From Elusimicrobiota bacterium (GTDB lineage: Bacteria; CG03; SLGR01; JAGXOG01), in contig JBNJDT010000002.1 in NCBI GenBank assembly GCA_051745145.1, positions 32,602 to 96,601 on the forward strand: a stretch of DNA of 64,000 bases, written 5' to 3'. How positions within the stretch are numbered: the first letter of the stretch is position 1; every line of letters begins with the position of its first letter. Below the pieces are notes generated by a model. That model was given only the letters and a program-made list of their open reading frames with translations, searched no databases and was not told the origin of the DNA. The translations under genes and the position numbers were made by a program. Shown in pieces: positions 21,538-32,083 of this stretch.

Positions 21538-22399
21538 TATTTCTAACCTCTTTCTTTAAATACTCAATCATTATCTTCTTAGGAGCTCTCCGGCCGGTCC
21601 ATATATGAAAAGCTTCCGCCCCCTGACCGGCCAGCATACCCACGCCATTTGCAGCTCTCAAACCTAGGCTATGGGCCTGTTTAATAAGTTCTGTATTTCT
21701 GTTATAAACCACATCATATACCTTTAATGTGGCCCTTACTTGCCCGGATTTTAAATTTACGGGCGGAGGTCCTTTTTTCATTCCCACCGGGGTAGCGTTA
21801 ACCAGAAGACTGATATCTTTTAACGGTTTCCCAACATTATTTTTATCTATCAGCACTATTTCCTTGTGGGGATATATATCTGCATATTCTTGTTTTAAAC
21901 TTTCTGCTTTTTGAATATCTATATCGTATATATATACTTTTTTAAAAATCGACAGTAAAACCCAGCCCACTACTCTGCCCGCACCTCCGGCCCCCAATAC
22001 CATGGCCGATTCTTTTTCCATTAATTCAGTTCTAAAATCAAGAGTATCTTTTAAATCCTCCCGGAAACCCATATGGTCCGTATTATACCCAATTAATTTT
22101 CCGGCCTCATTTTTTACCGTATTTACAGCCCCTATTTCCCGGGCGGTTTTACTGACGGTATCCAAATGGTCCATTATTTTTATTTTGTGTGGAATAGTTA
22201 CATTAAAACCGGGATATCCTTTTTCTATAATTCTCTTTATAAAGTCTTTAAATTCCCTTTCGGTTTCTATTTTTTTAAGTTTATAATCCCAGTTTTCCAT
22301 TCCGTATTTTTTAAATGCAATTCTGTGCATACCCGGAGAAAGGGAATGCTTTACGGGATTACCTATTAAAAAACAAATTTTTTCTTTTAAATTATTCAT
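21530..22399 (-). CDS. aroE: Shikimate dehydrogenase
   Basis: HSLSP, NVTIPHK, GAVNT, NTD, GAGGAG, NATP.G. Confidence 0.96.
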   Translation of the reverse strand: MNNLKEKICFLIGNPVKHSLSPGMHRIAFKKYGMENWDYKLKKIETEREFKDFIKRIIEKGYPGFNVTIPHKIKIMDHLDTVSKTAREIGAVNTVKNEAGKLIGYNTDHMGFREDLKDTLDFRTELMEKESAMVLGAGGAGRVVGWVLLSIFKKVYIYDIDIQKAESLKQEYADIYPHKEIVLIDKNNVGKPLKDISLLVNATPVGMKKGPPPVNLKSGQVRATLKVYDVVYNRNTELIKQAHSLGLRAANGVGMLAGQGAEAFHIWTGRRAPKKIMIEYLKKEVRNND

Positions 22400-22400
22400 A

Positions 22401-22604
22401 TTATCTATAAATCATATAAAACAGTACCGCTCCCATAAAAAGCAACAATGTGCCCACTTTTCTGCGATGCCTTAGTAAAAGACGGTCGGAAAATAGGTTT
22501 TCTCTCATCCACTCATTAAATTTAGTAATTATATCCGGCCGGGCAAGATACCCCATACCGACAGCCATAATAAATAATGCAACAATTATATTTAAATATT
22601 TCAT
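22401..22604 (-). CDS. Small two-TM membrane protein, unknown function
   Basis: 67 aa with two hydrophobic helices; fills the gap tightly with overlapping stop/start. Confidence 0.75.
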   Translation of the reverse strand: MKYLNIIVALFIMAVGMGYLARPDIITKFNEWMRENLFSDRLLLRHRRKVGTLLLFMGAVLFYMIYR

Positions 22605-23053
22605 AGATTTTTTTTCACTAAAACTTCATCACAGTCGGGAAAATGAGGACAATTTATACATTCTGACCAGATCTTATGGGGCATCTCTTCTTTATTCCCC
22701 CTGACAAACCCCAGTTCTTCAAAAAATTCCGGTACGTAGGTTAAAGCAAATATTCTCCCTATTTTTAAATCCAACGCCTCTTCAATTCCGGATTTTACTA
22801 TTTTTGTCCCCAGAGATTCCCCTTGATAATCCGTACTGACCGCCAGAGATTTTATCTCTGCCAAATCGTCCCAGACTATATGCAGGGCACAACAGGCAAT
22901 CACCTCTTCTTTGACCTTAATTACCCAGAAATCTCTTATATTTTCATATATTTCATTTAACGACCTGGGTAACATTTTACCTTCACTGGCAAAAGAGTTT
23001 ATAAGATTCTGTATCTTGTTTACATCATTTATCGTTGCTTTTTTTACTTTCAT
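22601..23053 (-). CDS. GNAT N-acetyltransferase, short ArgA-like (N-acetylglutamate synthase)
   Basis: MLPRS...YENIRDF, LAEIKSLAV, FALTY, PHKIWSEC..C. Confidence 0.88.
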   Translation of the reverse strand: MKVKKATINDVNKIQNLINSFASEGKMLPRSLNEIYENIRDFWVIKVKEEVIACCALHIVWDDLAEIKSLAVSTDYQGESLGTKIVKSGIEEALDLKIGRIFALTYVPEFFEELGFVRGNKEEMPHKIWSECINCPHFPDCDEVLVKKNL

Positions 23054-23068
23054 ATTTTAAAGATTTTT

Positions 23069-24682
23069 CTAAGCGGTTTTTACTTTCCCGCCGTACAATC
23101 TTTTTATCTCCTTTTCTCTACTTTCTCCGTCCAGCAACTTTATCTCTGTCCGGGTTCTATCCCCGGAAGATTTTTTTATAACCTTAATATGATTATCCGC
23201 TTTTTCTGCAATTTGAGGCAAATGGGATATTGTAATAACTTGATGGTATTCAGACAAAGTTTTTATTTCTTCACCGACGGCTTTTCCCACGGTAGCTCCG
23301 ATTCCCGTATCTATTTCATCAAATATAAGTATAGGAATATTATCCGAATGAGCAAGAGAAGATTTAATGGCCAGCATTATCCTGGATACTTCCCCCCCGC
23401 TGGCTACTTTAGATAATTTCATGTCGGGTTCCCCGGGGTTAGGCTTAATAAAGAACCTCACTGTCTCCTTACCCGTCGGTCCTACTTCTTTTGATTTTAA
23501 TTTTACATTAAATTCAGCGCTTTCCATACCCAGCTTCTTAAGTTTTTTTTCAATGTCACCAGATAATTTTTCAGCTCCCTCTTTCCTTTTTTCAGTAACT
23601 CTATCGGCAATATTTTTAAGTTCATCCAGATAACTGTTAAGTTTTTCATTCATCTTTTTAATATCTTTTTCGGAATTATTAAAATTTTTCAATTTATTAT
23701 CAATCATTTCCCTGTAATCAATAATATCCTCAATTTCGGGCCCATACTTTCTTTTTAAGTCTATTATTTTATCTCTTTTATCCGCTATCTCTTTTAACCG
23801 GTGGGGATTAAAATCATTTGTCGCCAGATATGACCGCAGTTCTTCATAAACAGTCTCAACTTTATACACCGTATCTTCGAGCATTTCTGATAGCCCTGAA
23901 AAATTTTCATCAATACTACTTATCTCCTCGGCCCTGCTTAAAATATGGGAGAGTTTTTCTATAATTGCCTCGTCATTTTCATAGAGGACCGCAGAGAGTT
24001 CTTTCGCGGTTTGCTGAATAAATTCCGCATTACTTAGAATTCTATATTCTTTTTCCAGCTCTTCTTCCATCCCTTTTTTTAATTTAACAAAATCAATTTC
24101 TTCGGCCTCATGTCTTAACCGGTCAATCTCAGAATTTATTCTGCTAACTTCTGCTTTCCGGTTTTTTATCTCTTCCTGCAAATTAATATATTTCTCCCAA
24201 ATTTTTCCCAGTTTTCCCACCAGTTTCCGGGCTCCGGAAAAACGGTCCAGGATCTCCCTCTGTTTTTTATGTTTTAAGAGAGTTTGATGTTCATTTTGAG
24301 AATGAATATCAACTAAAAGATTACCCAGTTCCTTTAAACACCTTACGGTAACATGATGGTCGTTTATGTAACACCGGCTTCTCCCCCGGGCATAGAACTT
24401 ACGTCGAAGTATAAGAACATCGGTTCCCAGCTCCCGGTCTTTTAAAAAACTTTTAATTTCAGAATTCAGTTTTTCACCGTATTCCGCTTCAACTTCACAA
24501 AACTTTGCTCCGTCACGTACTATTTCCCTACCCACTCTTTCTCCTAAAACCATACTCAATGCCCCCACAAGTATGGATTTTCCCGCTCCTGTCTGACCGG
24601 TAATGACATTTAATCCATCTTTTAAATTTAAAGAAGCTTTCTTTAAAAGCGCAAAATCTTTGATTTTAATATCTCTAAGCAT
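23069..24682 (-). CDS. recN: DNA repair protein RecN
   Basis: TGQTGAGKS, ASGGEVSR, IFDEIDTG, SHLPQIA; next to NAD kinase. Confidence 0.96.
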   Translation of the reverse strand: MLRDIKIKDFALLKKASLNLKDGLNVITGQTGAGKSILVGALSMVLGERVGREIVRDGAKFCEVEAEYGEKLNSEIKSFLKDRELGTDVLILRRKFYARGRSRCYINDHHVTVRCLKELGNLLVDIHSQNEHQTLLKHKKQREILDRFSGARKLVGKLGKIWEKYINLQEEIKNRKAEVSRINSEIDRLRHEAEEIDFVKLKKGMEEELEKEYRILSNAEFIQQTAKELSAVLYENDEAIIEKLSHILSRAEEISSIDENFSGLSEMLEDTVYKVETVYEELRSYLATNDFNPHRLKEIADKRDKIIDLKRKYGPEIEDIIDYREMIDNKLKNFNNSEKDIKKMNEKLNSYLDELKNIADRVTEKRKEGAEKLSGDIEKKLKKLGMESAEFNVKLKSKEVGPTGKETVRFFIKPNPGEPDMKLSKVASGGEVSRIMLAIKSSLAHSDNIPILIFDEIDTGIGATVGKAVGEEIKTLSEYHQVITISHLPQIAEKADNHIKVIKKSSGDRTRTEIKLLDGESREKEIKRLYGGKVKTA

Positions 24683-24695
24683 CTTTTATTAAAAT

Positions 24696-25481
24696 TTATA
24701 ATTTCCAGTTTAATTTTTCTGTAAGAATATTTATAAAATTTCTACTATTCTTTACCAGCTTAAGTTTATCGTCACTTATTCTAATTTTTACTTTATCTTT
24801 GGGATTTAATTTTTTAGTCTGCTGTCCGTCCGCAGTTAAAATACATTCCTGCTCTTTTCGGGGGCAGACTATATCAACTTTGCTGTTGCCGGTTATAAAA
24901 GGCCGCGAATTTATAGCATGGGGATTTAAGGGATTTATAATTATTAGCTCCAATTCCGGAGAAACTACAGGCCCGGACGCCGCAAATGAATATGCCGTTG
25001 ATCCCGTGGGAGTGGAGACAATTACACCATCCCCGTTAATATTATATAAGTTCTGAGAATTAATAAATACGGATAACTCTATAACTCTCGCCGTATCCCC
25101 GTTTTTTATTACCATATCATTAAGGGCCTTAAAAGTTTCGTTGCCCACCCTGGCTTCAAGGGTTACTCTCTTCTCAATCTGAAAATTTTCTTTTATTAAA
25201 GCTTCAACAAATTTCTCTAAATTTTTATCATCTATATCCAGCCCTAAAAACCCCAGCGTTCCCACATTTATGCAGGCTACGGGAATCTTATAGCCGACAA
25301 CTTTCCGGGCAGCTTTGAGGACCGTCCCGTCTCCGCCTACACATACAGCCAGTTCAGTATCCCGGGTAATTACTTCATTGAGCTTAATGCCCTTCTTTTT
25401 AAATAAGTTTTGTAGTACATCTACAACTTCAAGGGCCTCTTTCTTATTTTGGTTATATATTAGGGAAATTTCAGATATCAT
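24696..25481 (-). CDS. nadK: NAD kinase
   Basis: GGDGT, G.LGFL, ALND, DG.IVSTPTGSTAY. Confidence 0.96.
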   Translation of the reverse strand: MISEISLIYNQNKKEALEVVDVLQNLFKKKGIKLNEVITRDTELAVCVGGDGTVLKAARKVVGYKIPVACINVGTLGFLGLDIDDKNLEKFVEALIKENFQIEKRVTLEARVGNETFKALNDMVIKNGDTARVIELSVFINSQNLYNINGDGVIVSTPTGSTAYSFAASGPVVSPELELIIINPLNPHAINSRPFITGNSKVDIVCPRKEQECILTADGQQTKKLNPKDKVKIRISDDKLKLVKNSRNFINILTEKLNWKL

Positions 25482-25488
25482 TTTATAT

Positions 25489-26688
25489 CTATAATCTGCT
25501 ATCTATTCTATCTGTACGATTCTCTTCATACTCATTCCCATAATACTCGGGTTCTGAATAGTCGGTAAATAAAAAACCCACTTCATTTTCCAGAAAAAAG
25601 TTATTATTAACAACCGGTTTACCCTGATTTTCAACTTTTATACCGTACCGGTTTCTCTTAAATTTATTTTCAGAAATACGGGGAAACCCGAAGTTTTTCA
25701 CAATAATACCCGGACCATTTTCAACAAATTCGTTATCAGTTATTTTGCCACCGGAAGAATCAGCCACTGTGATTCCACCGCCATTATTTTTAAAACTATT
25801 TTTACTTACCTGGGGCAAACTATTATCCAGACTCAATAAGCCGACTAAATTATCCGTCAAAATATTATCTTCTATCCGGGGGGCCGAATCTTCCCAGCAA
25901 CCCACTCCGGAACCGTTAGCTGTAATTTGGTTGGATTCTATATGGGGAGAAGCTTTATTCCCACAAGCTATTCCGACATTATTGCCGTGGACCGAAGAAC
26001 CCCTCAACTCTCCGGAACTTTCACCTTCAAAAAAGACCCCGGAAGCCTGATTGTTTTCTATAGTACTACCGGTTATAACAGGTGAAGCAAAATCCGAAGC
26101 TCCCAGTCCATATTTATTTTTATTAATTTTAGCCATATCTATTTTTGGAGAAGCCCTGTCCCAGCATCCAATTCCCCCGGCTTCAGTTCCGGTTACTGTA
26201 ACAGAACTCATTTTAGGTGAACGGTAATCGTATAACCTTATGCCTACATGCCCTCCCCGGACAATTAAATTCTCCACCGAAGAGGTACTCTTTTTACCTA
26301 AAAAACTTATTCCCCCGGCTCTTTTCTTATCATCTTCAGATGCTTTTAACTTTACCGGTTCTTTTACGGTACCCTGTATATTTACATCACCGGCAATAAT
26401 AAGCTCTATTTTATTTTCATCGAATAAATCGACAGTTGCCCCGGAAAAATTTCGGACCCTCTGAATTTCATACTCTATTTTTTCATCAGAATATCTTATT
26501 AAGGTATCTTTTAAGATAGTGAGTTTTACTCCCGGCTCCACGTAAAGATCACCGGTAAGCAATATTTTACCGGACCAGGTAGTATCTTCTTTCAGCCTGC
26601 CCGAGTACGGCTTTCCTTTGCCACACCCGTTTATAAAAAAAGCTCCTATAATAAAGACGGCAAAACCTATTTTTTTATTCAGCTTCAT
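25489..26688 (-). CDS. Lipoprotein with right-handed parallel beta-helix repeats
   Basis: Lipobox FING-C; ~22 aa repeats (GI.C...ASP.I..N....N). Start uncertain (26688 or 26727). Confidence 0.8.
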   Translation of the reverse strand: MKLNKKIGFAVFIIGAFFINGCGKGKPYSGRLKEDTTWSGKILLTGDLYVEPGVKLTILKDTLIRYSDEKIEYEIQRVRNFSGATVDLFDENKIELIIAGDVNIQGTVKEPVKLKASEDDKKRAGGISFLGKKSTSSVENLIVRGGHVGIRLYDYRSPKMSSVTVTGTEAGGIGCWDRASPKIDMAKINKNKYGLGASDFASPVITGSTIENNQASGVFFEGESSGELRGSSVHGNNVGIACGNKASPHIESNQITANGSGVGCWEDSAPRIEDNILTDNLVGLLSLDNSLPQVSKNSFKNNGGGITVADSSGGKITDNEFVENGPGIIVKNFGFPRISENKFKRNRYGIKVENQGKPVVNNNFFLENEVGFLFTDYSEPEYYGNEYEENRTDRIDSRL

Positions 26689-26723
26689 AATTGTTGAAAA
26701 TATACCATTAACTCTTTTTATTT

Positions 26724-27269
26724 TCAAGTACTTTCCTTAAGTCTAAAAAAGTCCAGACTGGTTATACCGTATTTTTTACTGTAAATTAATTTATGGTATT
26801 CAGAAGTAATTTGCTCTTTTTTGTGATGCTGGATAATCACTATATTATTTTCGGAAATTTTTTTCTTTGCACAATATTCCAGTATTTTACCGGAAATATT
26901 AGCCTTATACGGCGGAGAAGCAAAGACAATATCGGGATTAAAATTTCCGGGCCGGTAGTTAAAAAAATCAGTTACTATTACTTTACAGGACTCCCTGACC
27001 TGCAGCTGTTTTATGTTATCTTTGAGTATTTTTGAAACACTGTAGTCTTTTTCTATGAAAAGCACTTCTTCAGCTCCCCGGGACAGCGCTTCCAGTCCCA
27101 CACTACCCGTCCCGGCAAATATATCGGCAAAGCTGGCCCCCGATACCTTATCTCCCAAAATAGAAAAAAGTGCTTCTTTAATCGTACCGGATATAGGCCT
27201 AATCTTATTTCCGTTAGGAGTTTTTAAATTTCTGTTCTTAAATTTTCCGGCTATTACTCTTGTAGACAC
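26724..27269 (-). CDS. rsmD: 16S rRNA m2G966 methyltransferase
   Basis: RVIAG...R.L, KEALFSIL, DIFAGTGSVGLEALSRGA, SPPY, YG. Confidence 0.93.
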   Translation of the reverse strand: MSTRVIAGKFKNRNLKTPNGNKIRPISGTIKEALFSILGDKVSGASFADIFAGTGSVGLEALSRGAEEVLFIEKDYSVSKILKDNIKQLQVRESCKVIVTDFFNYRPGNFNPDIVFASPPYKANISGKILEYCAKKKISENNIVIIQHHKKEQITSEYHKLIYSKKYGITSLDFFRLKEST

Positions 27270-27273
27270 GTAA

Positions 27274-27696
27274 CTATTTAACGGCCGATAAAAAAGCTAT
27301 TCTTTTCCGCGCTTTAGTGTCAAAATCCACAATGACAACCTGCTGCCACGTTCCCAGCATCAACTGTCCGTTAACTACGGGAACAGTTTCCGAGCAGCCT
27401 ATTACGGAAGCTCTAATATGAGAATGCCCGTTATCATCATTCCAGGTTTTTTTATGTTCGTAAGTCATATCGGAAGGAGCAATTTGTTCCATACGGTTTT
27501 TAAAATCTTGCACCAGATTGGGTTCGAATTCTATTACGGTTACAGCTCCCGTGGAGCCCTGGGTAAAAACGGTAACCTGCCCTGTTTCAATTTTATTTTT
27601 TTTGACAAATTCTTCTATTTGAGAAGTTATGTCTTTAATATCGATATCCTTCCGGCTCCTTAACTCTATCTTTTCATTAATTATTTTATTACTCAT
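27274..27696 (-). CDS. YjbQ / UPF0047 family protein
   Basis: DNGHSHIRAS, LGTWQQV..DFD. Confidence 0.93.
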   Translation of the reverse strand: MSNKIINEKIELRSRKDIDIKDITSQIEEFVKKNKIETGQVTVFTQGSTGAVTVIEFEPNLVQDFKNRMEQIAPSDMTYEHKKTWNDDNGHSHIRASVIGCSETVPVVNGQLMLGTWQQVVIVDFDTKARKRIAFLSAVK

Positions 27697-27753
27697 TTTT
27701 TCTTCTCAAATCCTCCATAATATATTTTGTTAATTCTTCTGTGAAATGCTGTT

Positions 27754-28878
27754 TTAACGGGGAAGCTGAACTATAAACGTGGAACCTTTTCCCAGACCCT
27801 CGGATTGGGCTTTGATTGTTCCGCCGTGAGAATTTATTATTTTTTTACATATAGATAACCCCAGCCCCACTCCCTTACTTGACTTGTCCCTTTCTTCATC
27901 GTCTTTTGTATAAAAAGCTTCAAATATTCCCTCCAGCGAATCTTCAGGTATTCCTTTACCCGTATCCGTTACTCTAAATTCAATATTATCCTCATCAACT
28001 TCTTTGATAATAAATTTTATTTTTCCGCCCTCCGGAGTAAATTTTAAAGCATTCTGGAGTAAGTTTTGGAAAACCTGAGAAACTTTGCCCGGATCGATTT
28101 CCATACGGGTATTTTCTATATCTTTTTCAATACTAAAATTTATATTTTTCTTGTCAAACCTGGAAGAAAGTTCCTGTTTTAAGGGGGCTATTAAATCCAT
28201 TATATCAGCGGTTTCTTTTTCGATAATAAATCTTCCCGCTTCAATCTGTTTTATGTTGAGAACATCATTAATTAAGTTTATCATTCTCTCCAGAGAATTT
28301 TTCTGTATCTCGAATATCTCTCGTTGTTTATCTGTTATATCCCCAAGCTGCCCGTTTAAGAGAGCATAATTGTACCCCTTTATCGTGGTGATAGGGGATC
28401 TAAGGTCGTGATTTAACATAGAAATCAAACCATCTTTAAACTGATTGAGTTTTTTTAACTCCTTTAAATTTTCAATCTTTTTATCCTGTAACTTTTTTAT
28501 CCTGAGCATGGCCTTTATCCTGACCAGCAGCAGGCGCCGGTCAGCCGATTTAGTCACAAAATCATCGGCCCCGGCATTAATGCCGTCTATTACATCCTGT
28601 TTGGCATTCGCTCCGGTCCACAGAATTTTTGGGATATGATTCACTTCCGGATCGGCAGTCAATTTTTTACAGACCTCCGTACCGTCTATACCGGGCATGT
28701 TGCGATCGATTAAAACACAATCGGGCAACTTTTCTTTAACTGTTTCAAAACCTTTTTTTCCCGAAGGTTCATAGAGTACCCTGTAACCCTCTTTTTTAAG
28801 TATTCTTTTCGCTATAAGGTAATCATTTTCATTATCATCAATAACAAGAATTTTACTTGCTGACAATGATTGGTCCAT
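27754..28878 (-). CDS. Hybrid receiver-histidine kinase (REC-HisKA-HATPase)
   Basis: VIDD...D.NMPG receiver; HDLRSP, NALKF, DTGKGI, GLGLSI. Confidence 0.95.
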   Translation of the reverse strand: MDQSLSASKILVIDDNENDYLIAKRILKKEGYRVLYEPSGKKGFETVKEKLPDCVLIDRNMPGIDGTEVCKKLTADPEVNHIPKILWTGANAKQDVIDGINAGADDFVTKSADRRLLLVRIKAMLRIKKLQDKKIENLKELKKLNQFKDGLISMLNHDLRSPITTIKGYNYALLNGQLGDITDKQREIFEIQKNSLERMINLINDVLNIKQIEAGRFIIEKETADIMDLIAPLKQELSSRFDKKNINFSIEKDIENTRMEIDPGKVSQVFQNLLQNALKFTPEGGKIKFIIKEVDEDNIEFRVTDTGKGIPEDSLEGIFEAFYTKDDEERDKSSKGVGLGLSICKKIINSHGGTIKAQSEGLGKGSTFIVQLPR

Positions 28879-28887
28879 GGTAGGAAT

Positions 28888-29331
28888 TTACTCGGTGCTG
28901 GGAGTCTTAGAAACCAGTGACCAGTAAAGATTAAATTGTTCTATTTTTTGAACAAATTCCTTATATCCCACCGGCTTGGTAATATAAGAGCAGGCACCGT
29001 GTTCATAACTTTTAACTATGTCTTCCTCGCGATCGGAAGAGGTGAGCATAATTACGGGGATCTTTTTATATTCAGGATGGTTTTTTACCTTTTCAAGAGT
29101 TTCAAAACCGCCCATCTTGGGCATATTAATATCCAGCAAAATAAGTCCCGGCTGGGGATGGTCTTCATCCTCACCTACTTTAGAAAGATAGTCCAGGAGC
29201 TGTATCCCGTTGTTTACCACCTGAAGTGAATTGAGAAGCTTGAGTTTTTTAAAAGCCCTCTTTATGATAACAATATCGTTATCGTTATCTTCGGCTAATA
29301 ATATAGTTACTGGATCCATTGAATTTAACAT
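28888..29331 (-). CDS. Single-domain response regulator (Rcp1-like)
   Basis: LLAEDN, LLDINMPK, MLTSS, YITKP, YW near C-terminus. Confidence 0.95.
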   Translation of the reverse strand: MLNSMDPVTILLAEDNDNDIVIIKRAFKKLKLLNSLQVVNNGIQLLDYLSKVGEDEDHPQPGLILLDINMPKMGGFETLEKVKNHPEYKKIPVIMLTSSDREEDIVKSYEHGACSYITKPVGYKEFVQKIEQFNLYWSLVSKTPSTE

Positions 29332-29351
29332 TTTATTTACCTAATAAAAGT

Positions 29352-31160
29352 CTATGAATTTTCATTTTTATTGTCAAGTTTTGGTATAGTAAAATAAAAA
29401 GTAGTCCCCTCTCCTTTTTCAGATTCCACCCAGATATCACCGCCGTGTTCATCAATAATCTTTTTAACCACGGTAAGGCCTGCGCCGGTGCCTCCTCCAA
29501 AATCATTTCGGGCATGTAACCGGTTAAAAATCTGGAAAATCTCTTCAAAATCCTTTTCCTCTATACCTATGCCGTTATCTTTTATAATAAAAGTGGTCTT
29601 CTCATCATCCTGAGTGCTGTCCACTTCAACTACCGGTTTATCCTTATCGTTGTATTTCAAGGCATTGGTAATAAGATTGTAGAATACTTCCTTAATTTTA
29701 ACTTTGTCACAATATACAAAAGGCAGCTCATCATCGACATTTACAGTGGCATTTTTTTCATTAATAAGGGTTCTTACCCGCTTTCTTACTTCCTTAATAA
29801 GTTTGTGGGGATCAACCGATTCATAAGGATTTTTTATTCTGGAAATTCTGGACAGGGCAAGTACATCCTGAATTAAATTTTTCATTCTGGTAACCGACGC
29901 CGCTATGCGTTTCAAATAATCTTTTCCTTCATTGTCCAGCTGGTCGCGATAGTCCTCCATAAGAAATTCGCTGAAAGTTTGAATTCCTCTTAAGGGTTCT
30001 TTGAGATCATGAGAAATTGTATACGTAAAAGAGTCCAGTTCTTTATTTACCGCCTTTAATTCTTCAGCCTTTTTCTTAAACTCGGTAATATCTTCAAAAC
30101 TCTCAATAATAAAAGTTTCACCGGCTCTTTTAATTTTAGAACTGTTTACCAGAACAGGTATCTTCTTACCCTTTTTATGGGTAAACTCTTTCTCCACCAT
30201 ATCCAATGTTTCATCCCTGTCCAGTATGGGACATTCTCCCTCTTTCCCTTCGCAAAAAAGATCCAGACAGGTTTTATCCAGTACATCTTCTCTTTCATAT
30301 CCCAAAATCGAAAGTCCGGCGTCGTTAATTCTTACTACATTCTTTTCCCTGTCGATGAGTATCATACCGTTAGCAGACGCTTTAAATATTTCTTCGGAAA
30401 AATTCTTGGCCTTTTCCAGATCTTCAGTTCTTTCCTTTACCTTTTTTTCCAGACCGTTCTGGGCCTTTTTAATATTTGTAGCCATATCGTTAAAAGAATC
30501 GGCCAGGTAACCTATCTCATCATTATTTTTTATCTTCACTTTATGATTCAGATTACCGCTGGAGATAATTTTAGTTCCTTCAACAAGTTTATCTATCGGA
30601 TCGGCCAAAATATATTTTAAAAAGAAAGTATTTACTATTAAGGCAAGAACAATTATAAATCCGGTTACCAGAAAAATGGTCTTCTGTACTTCCGATAATT
30701 TTTCATTGAGATTCCGGGTGGATACCCCCAAAAATATTCGGCCGATTACTTCTTCTTCCGTGGAACTCTCGCTAAAAAATATATCCTCCGAAGATTCATC
30801 CTGTGAGTAATCCGCAGTAATAGTAGTGGCAAATGTCAACGTGGATTTTTCTGCTTTAAAATTTTCCACTCCGTTTTCATACATAATCTTGCCGGCTTTA
30901 TCTTCTACTTTACAGTATATTATATCTTTCTGTTTAAGTAAGCTGTCAACCTGTTTTGCCAGAGCATCGGTATTTCTTATCATCACCGGATATTCCACAT
31001 TCCGCTTTAAATTATCCAGCTGGGACTCTATCCGGTCGTTTAATTCCGTTCGTAAAATAATATTCTCATGGCTGACAAAATACACGGCAAGAGCTATAGT
31101 AAATACAATAATTATACATATAGTGAGTAAATTTACTTTTTTTGTAATTGTAAGTCTCAT
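29352..31160 (-). CDS. Membrane sensor histidine kinase (2 TM, HAMP, PAS, HisKA, HATPase)
   Basis: DEIGYLADSFNDM HAMP; SHDLKEPLR; NALKY, DNGIGI, GTGAGL. Confidence 0.95.
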   Translation of the reverse strand: MRLTITKKVNLLTICIIIVFTIALAVYFVSHENIILRTELNDRIESQLDNLKRNVEYPVMIRNTDALAKQVDSLLKQKDIIYCKVEDKAGKIMYENGVENFKAEKSTLTFATTITADYSQDESSEDIFFSESSTEEEVIGRIFLGVSTRNLNEKLSEVQKTIFLVTGFIIVLALIVNTFFLKYILADPIDKLVEGTKIISSGNLNHKVKIKNNDEIGYLADSFNDMATNIKKAQNGLEKKVKERTEDLEKAKNFSEEIFKASANGMILIDREKNVVRINDAGLSILGYEREDVLDKTCLDLFCEGKEGECPILDRDETLDMVEKEFTHKKGKKIPVLVNSSKIKRAGETFIIESFEDITEFKKKAEELKAVNKELDSFTYTISHDLKEPLRGIQTFSEFLMEDYRDQLDNEGKDYLKRIAASVTRMKNLIQDVLALSRISRIKNPYESVDPHKLIKEVRKRVRTLINEKNATVNVDDELPFVYCDKVKIKEVFYNLITNALKYNDKDKPVVEVDSTQDDEKTTFIIKDNGIGIEEKDFEEIFQIFNRLHARNDFGGGTGAGLTVVKKIIDEHGGDIWVESEKGEGTTFYFTIPKLDNKNENS

Positions 31161-32078
31161 TTATTTAAATACCTCGGTAGCATTCTCTTTAACTCCGCCG
31201 GGAACATCTATACCCAAATTATCGGCAACTATTACATTTAAAGAGTAATTTATTTTTTCGGGATTTTTTATCTTAATTTCCCGGGGGCTTTTACCATCTA
31301 TTATTTTATGGGCTATCTCTCCGGCCTGTTTTCCCAGCTCCCTATAATCACTGTCAAAAGAGATAAAGGCTCCCGCTTTTGTATAATACGAAGACAGTCC
31401 AATCACGGGAAATTTTTCCTTCAGACTCTCTTCAAGTAAATACTGAATAGAGTGATTAAAATAAATTTCAGGTGAGGGTATCATCATAAAACAATCTATC
31501 TGACGATTTATTTTACTTAAGGCTTCCGGAAAGTCTTTTCCCTCTGAAATTTCTTTTCCTATAATCTGAAAATCAGAATATTGACTTTCTTTTTCCAGCT
31601 TTTTAAATTCTTTTTTAGTGTCTGCGGAATAAATTACTCCAATTTTTTTAAACTCCGGAAAAAACTCTCTTAATTTTTGTATTTTATCAAGGGCGGTAAT
31701 ATTCATGGAAACTCCGGAAGCTCTTTCTCTGTTTAGATTTTTCGGATTGAGGACCATGGAAAACACCACCGGTATATCAGAAGTATTTTCACCGGCAAGT
31801 TTAAGAGCTTTAGTACCTACGGCAAATATTAAATCCGGTTTTTCCTTTCTCACTTTCCCCAGGATGTTATCAGAATTATTTTCTTTTAAAATATGGGACT
31901 TTATTTGAAGGGATAAATCCCTGTTATTAAAATAGTCTTTAAAACCCCGGGCAGACTCCCTGAACGCTTTCCGGGGAGAAGAATATAAGATTGAAATCGT
32001 TACCTTTTCAGCCCCTGAAGCCAAACTGCATCCCCAGAGAAGTAAGATAACAAGAGCGGTAATTTTTTTTCTTATCAT
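31161..32078 (-). CDS. Periplasmic ABC-type substrate-binding-like protein (orphan)
   Basis: Signal peptide; PVVFSMV.NP, KKIGVIYS, DYRELGKQAG, N..VA..LGI..P pattern. Confidence 0.85.
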   Translation of the reverse strand: MIRKKITALVILLLWGCSLASGAEKVTISILYSSPRKAFRESARGFKDYFNNRDLSLQIKSHILKENNSDNILGKVRKEKPDLIFAVGTKALKLAGENTSDIPVVFSMVLNPKNLNRERASGVSMNITALDKIQKLREFFPEFKKIGVIYSADTKKEFKKLEKESQYSDFQIIGKEISEGKDFPEALSKINRQIDCFMMIPSPEIYFNHSIQYLLEESLKEKFPVIGLSSYYTKAGAFISFDSDYRELGKQAGEIAHKIIDGKSPREIKIKNPEKINYSLNVIVADNLGIDVPGGVKENATEVFK

Positions 32079-32083
32079 AGAAT

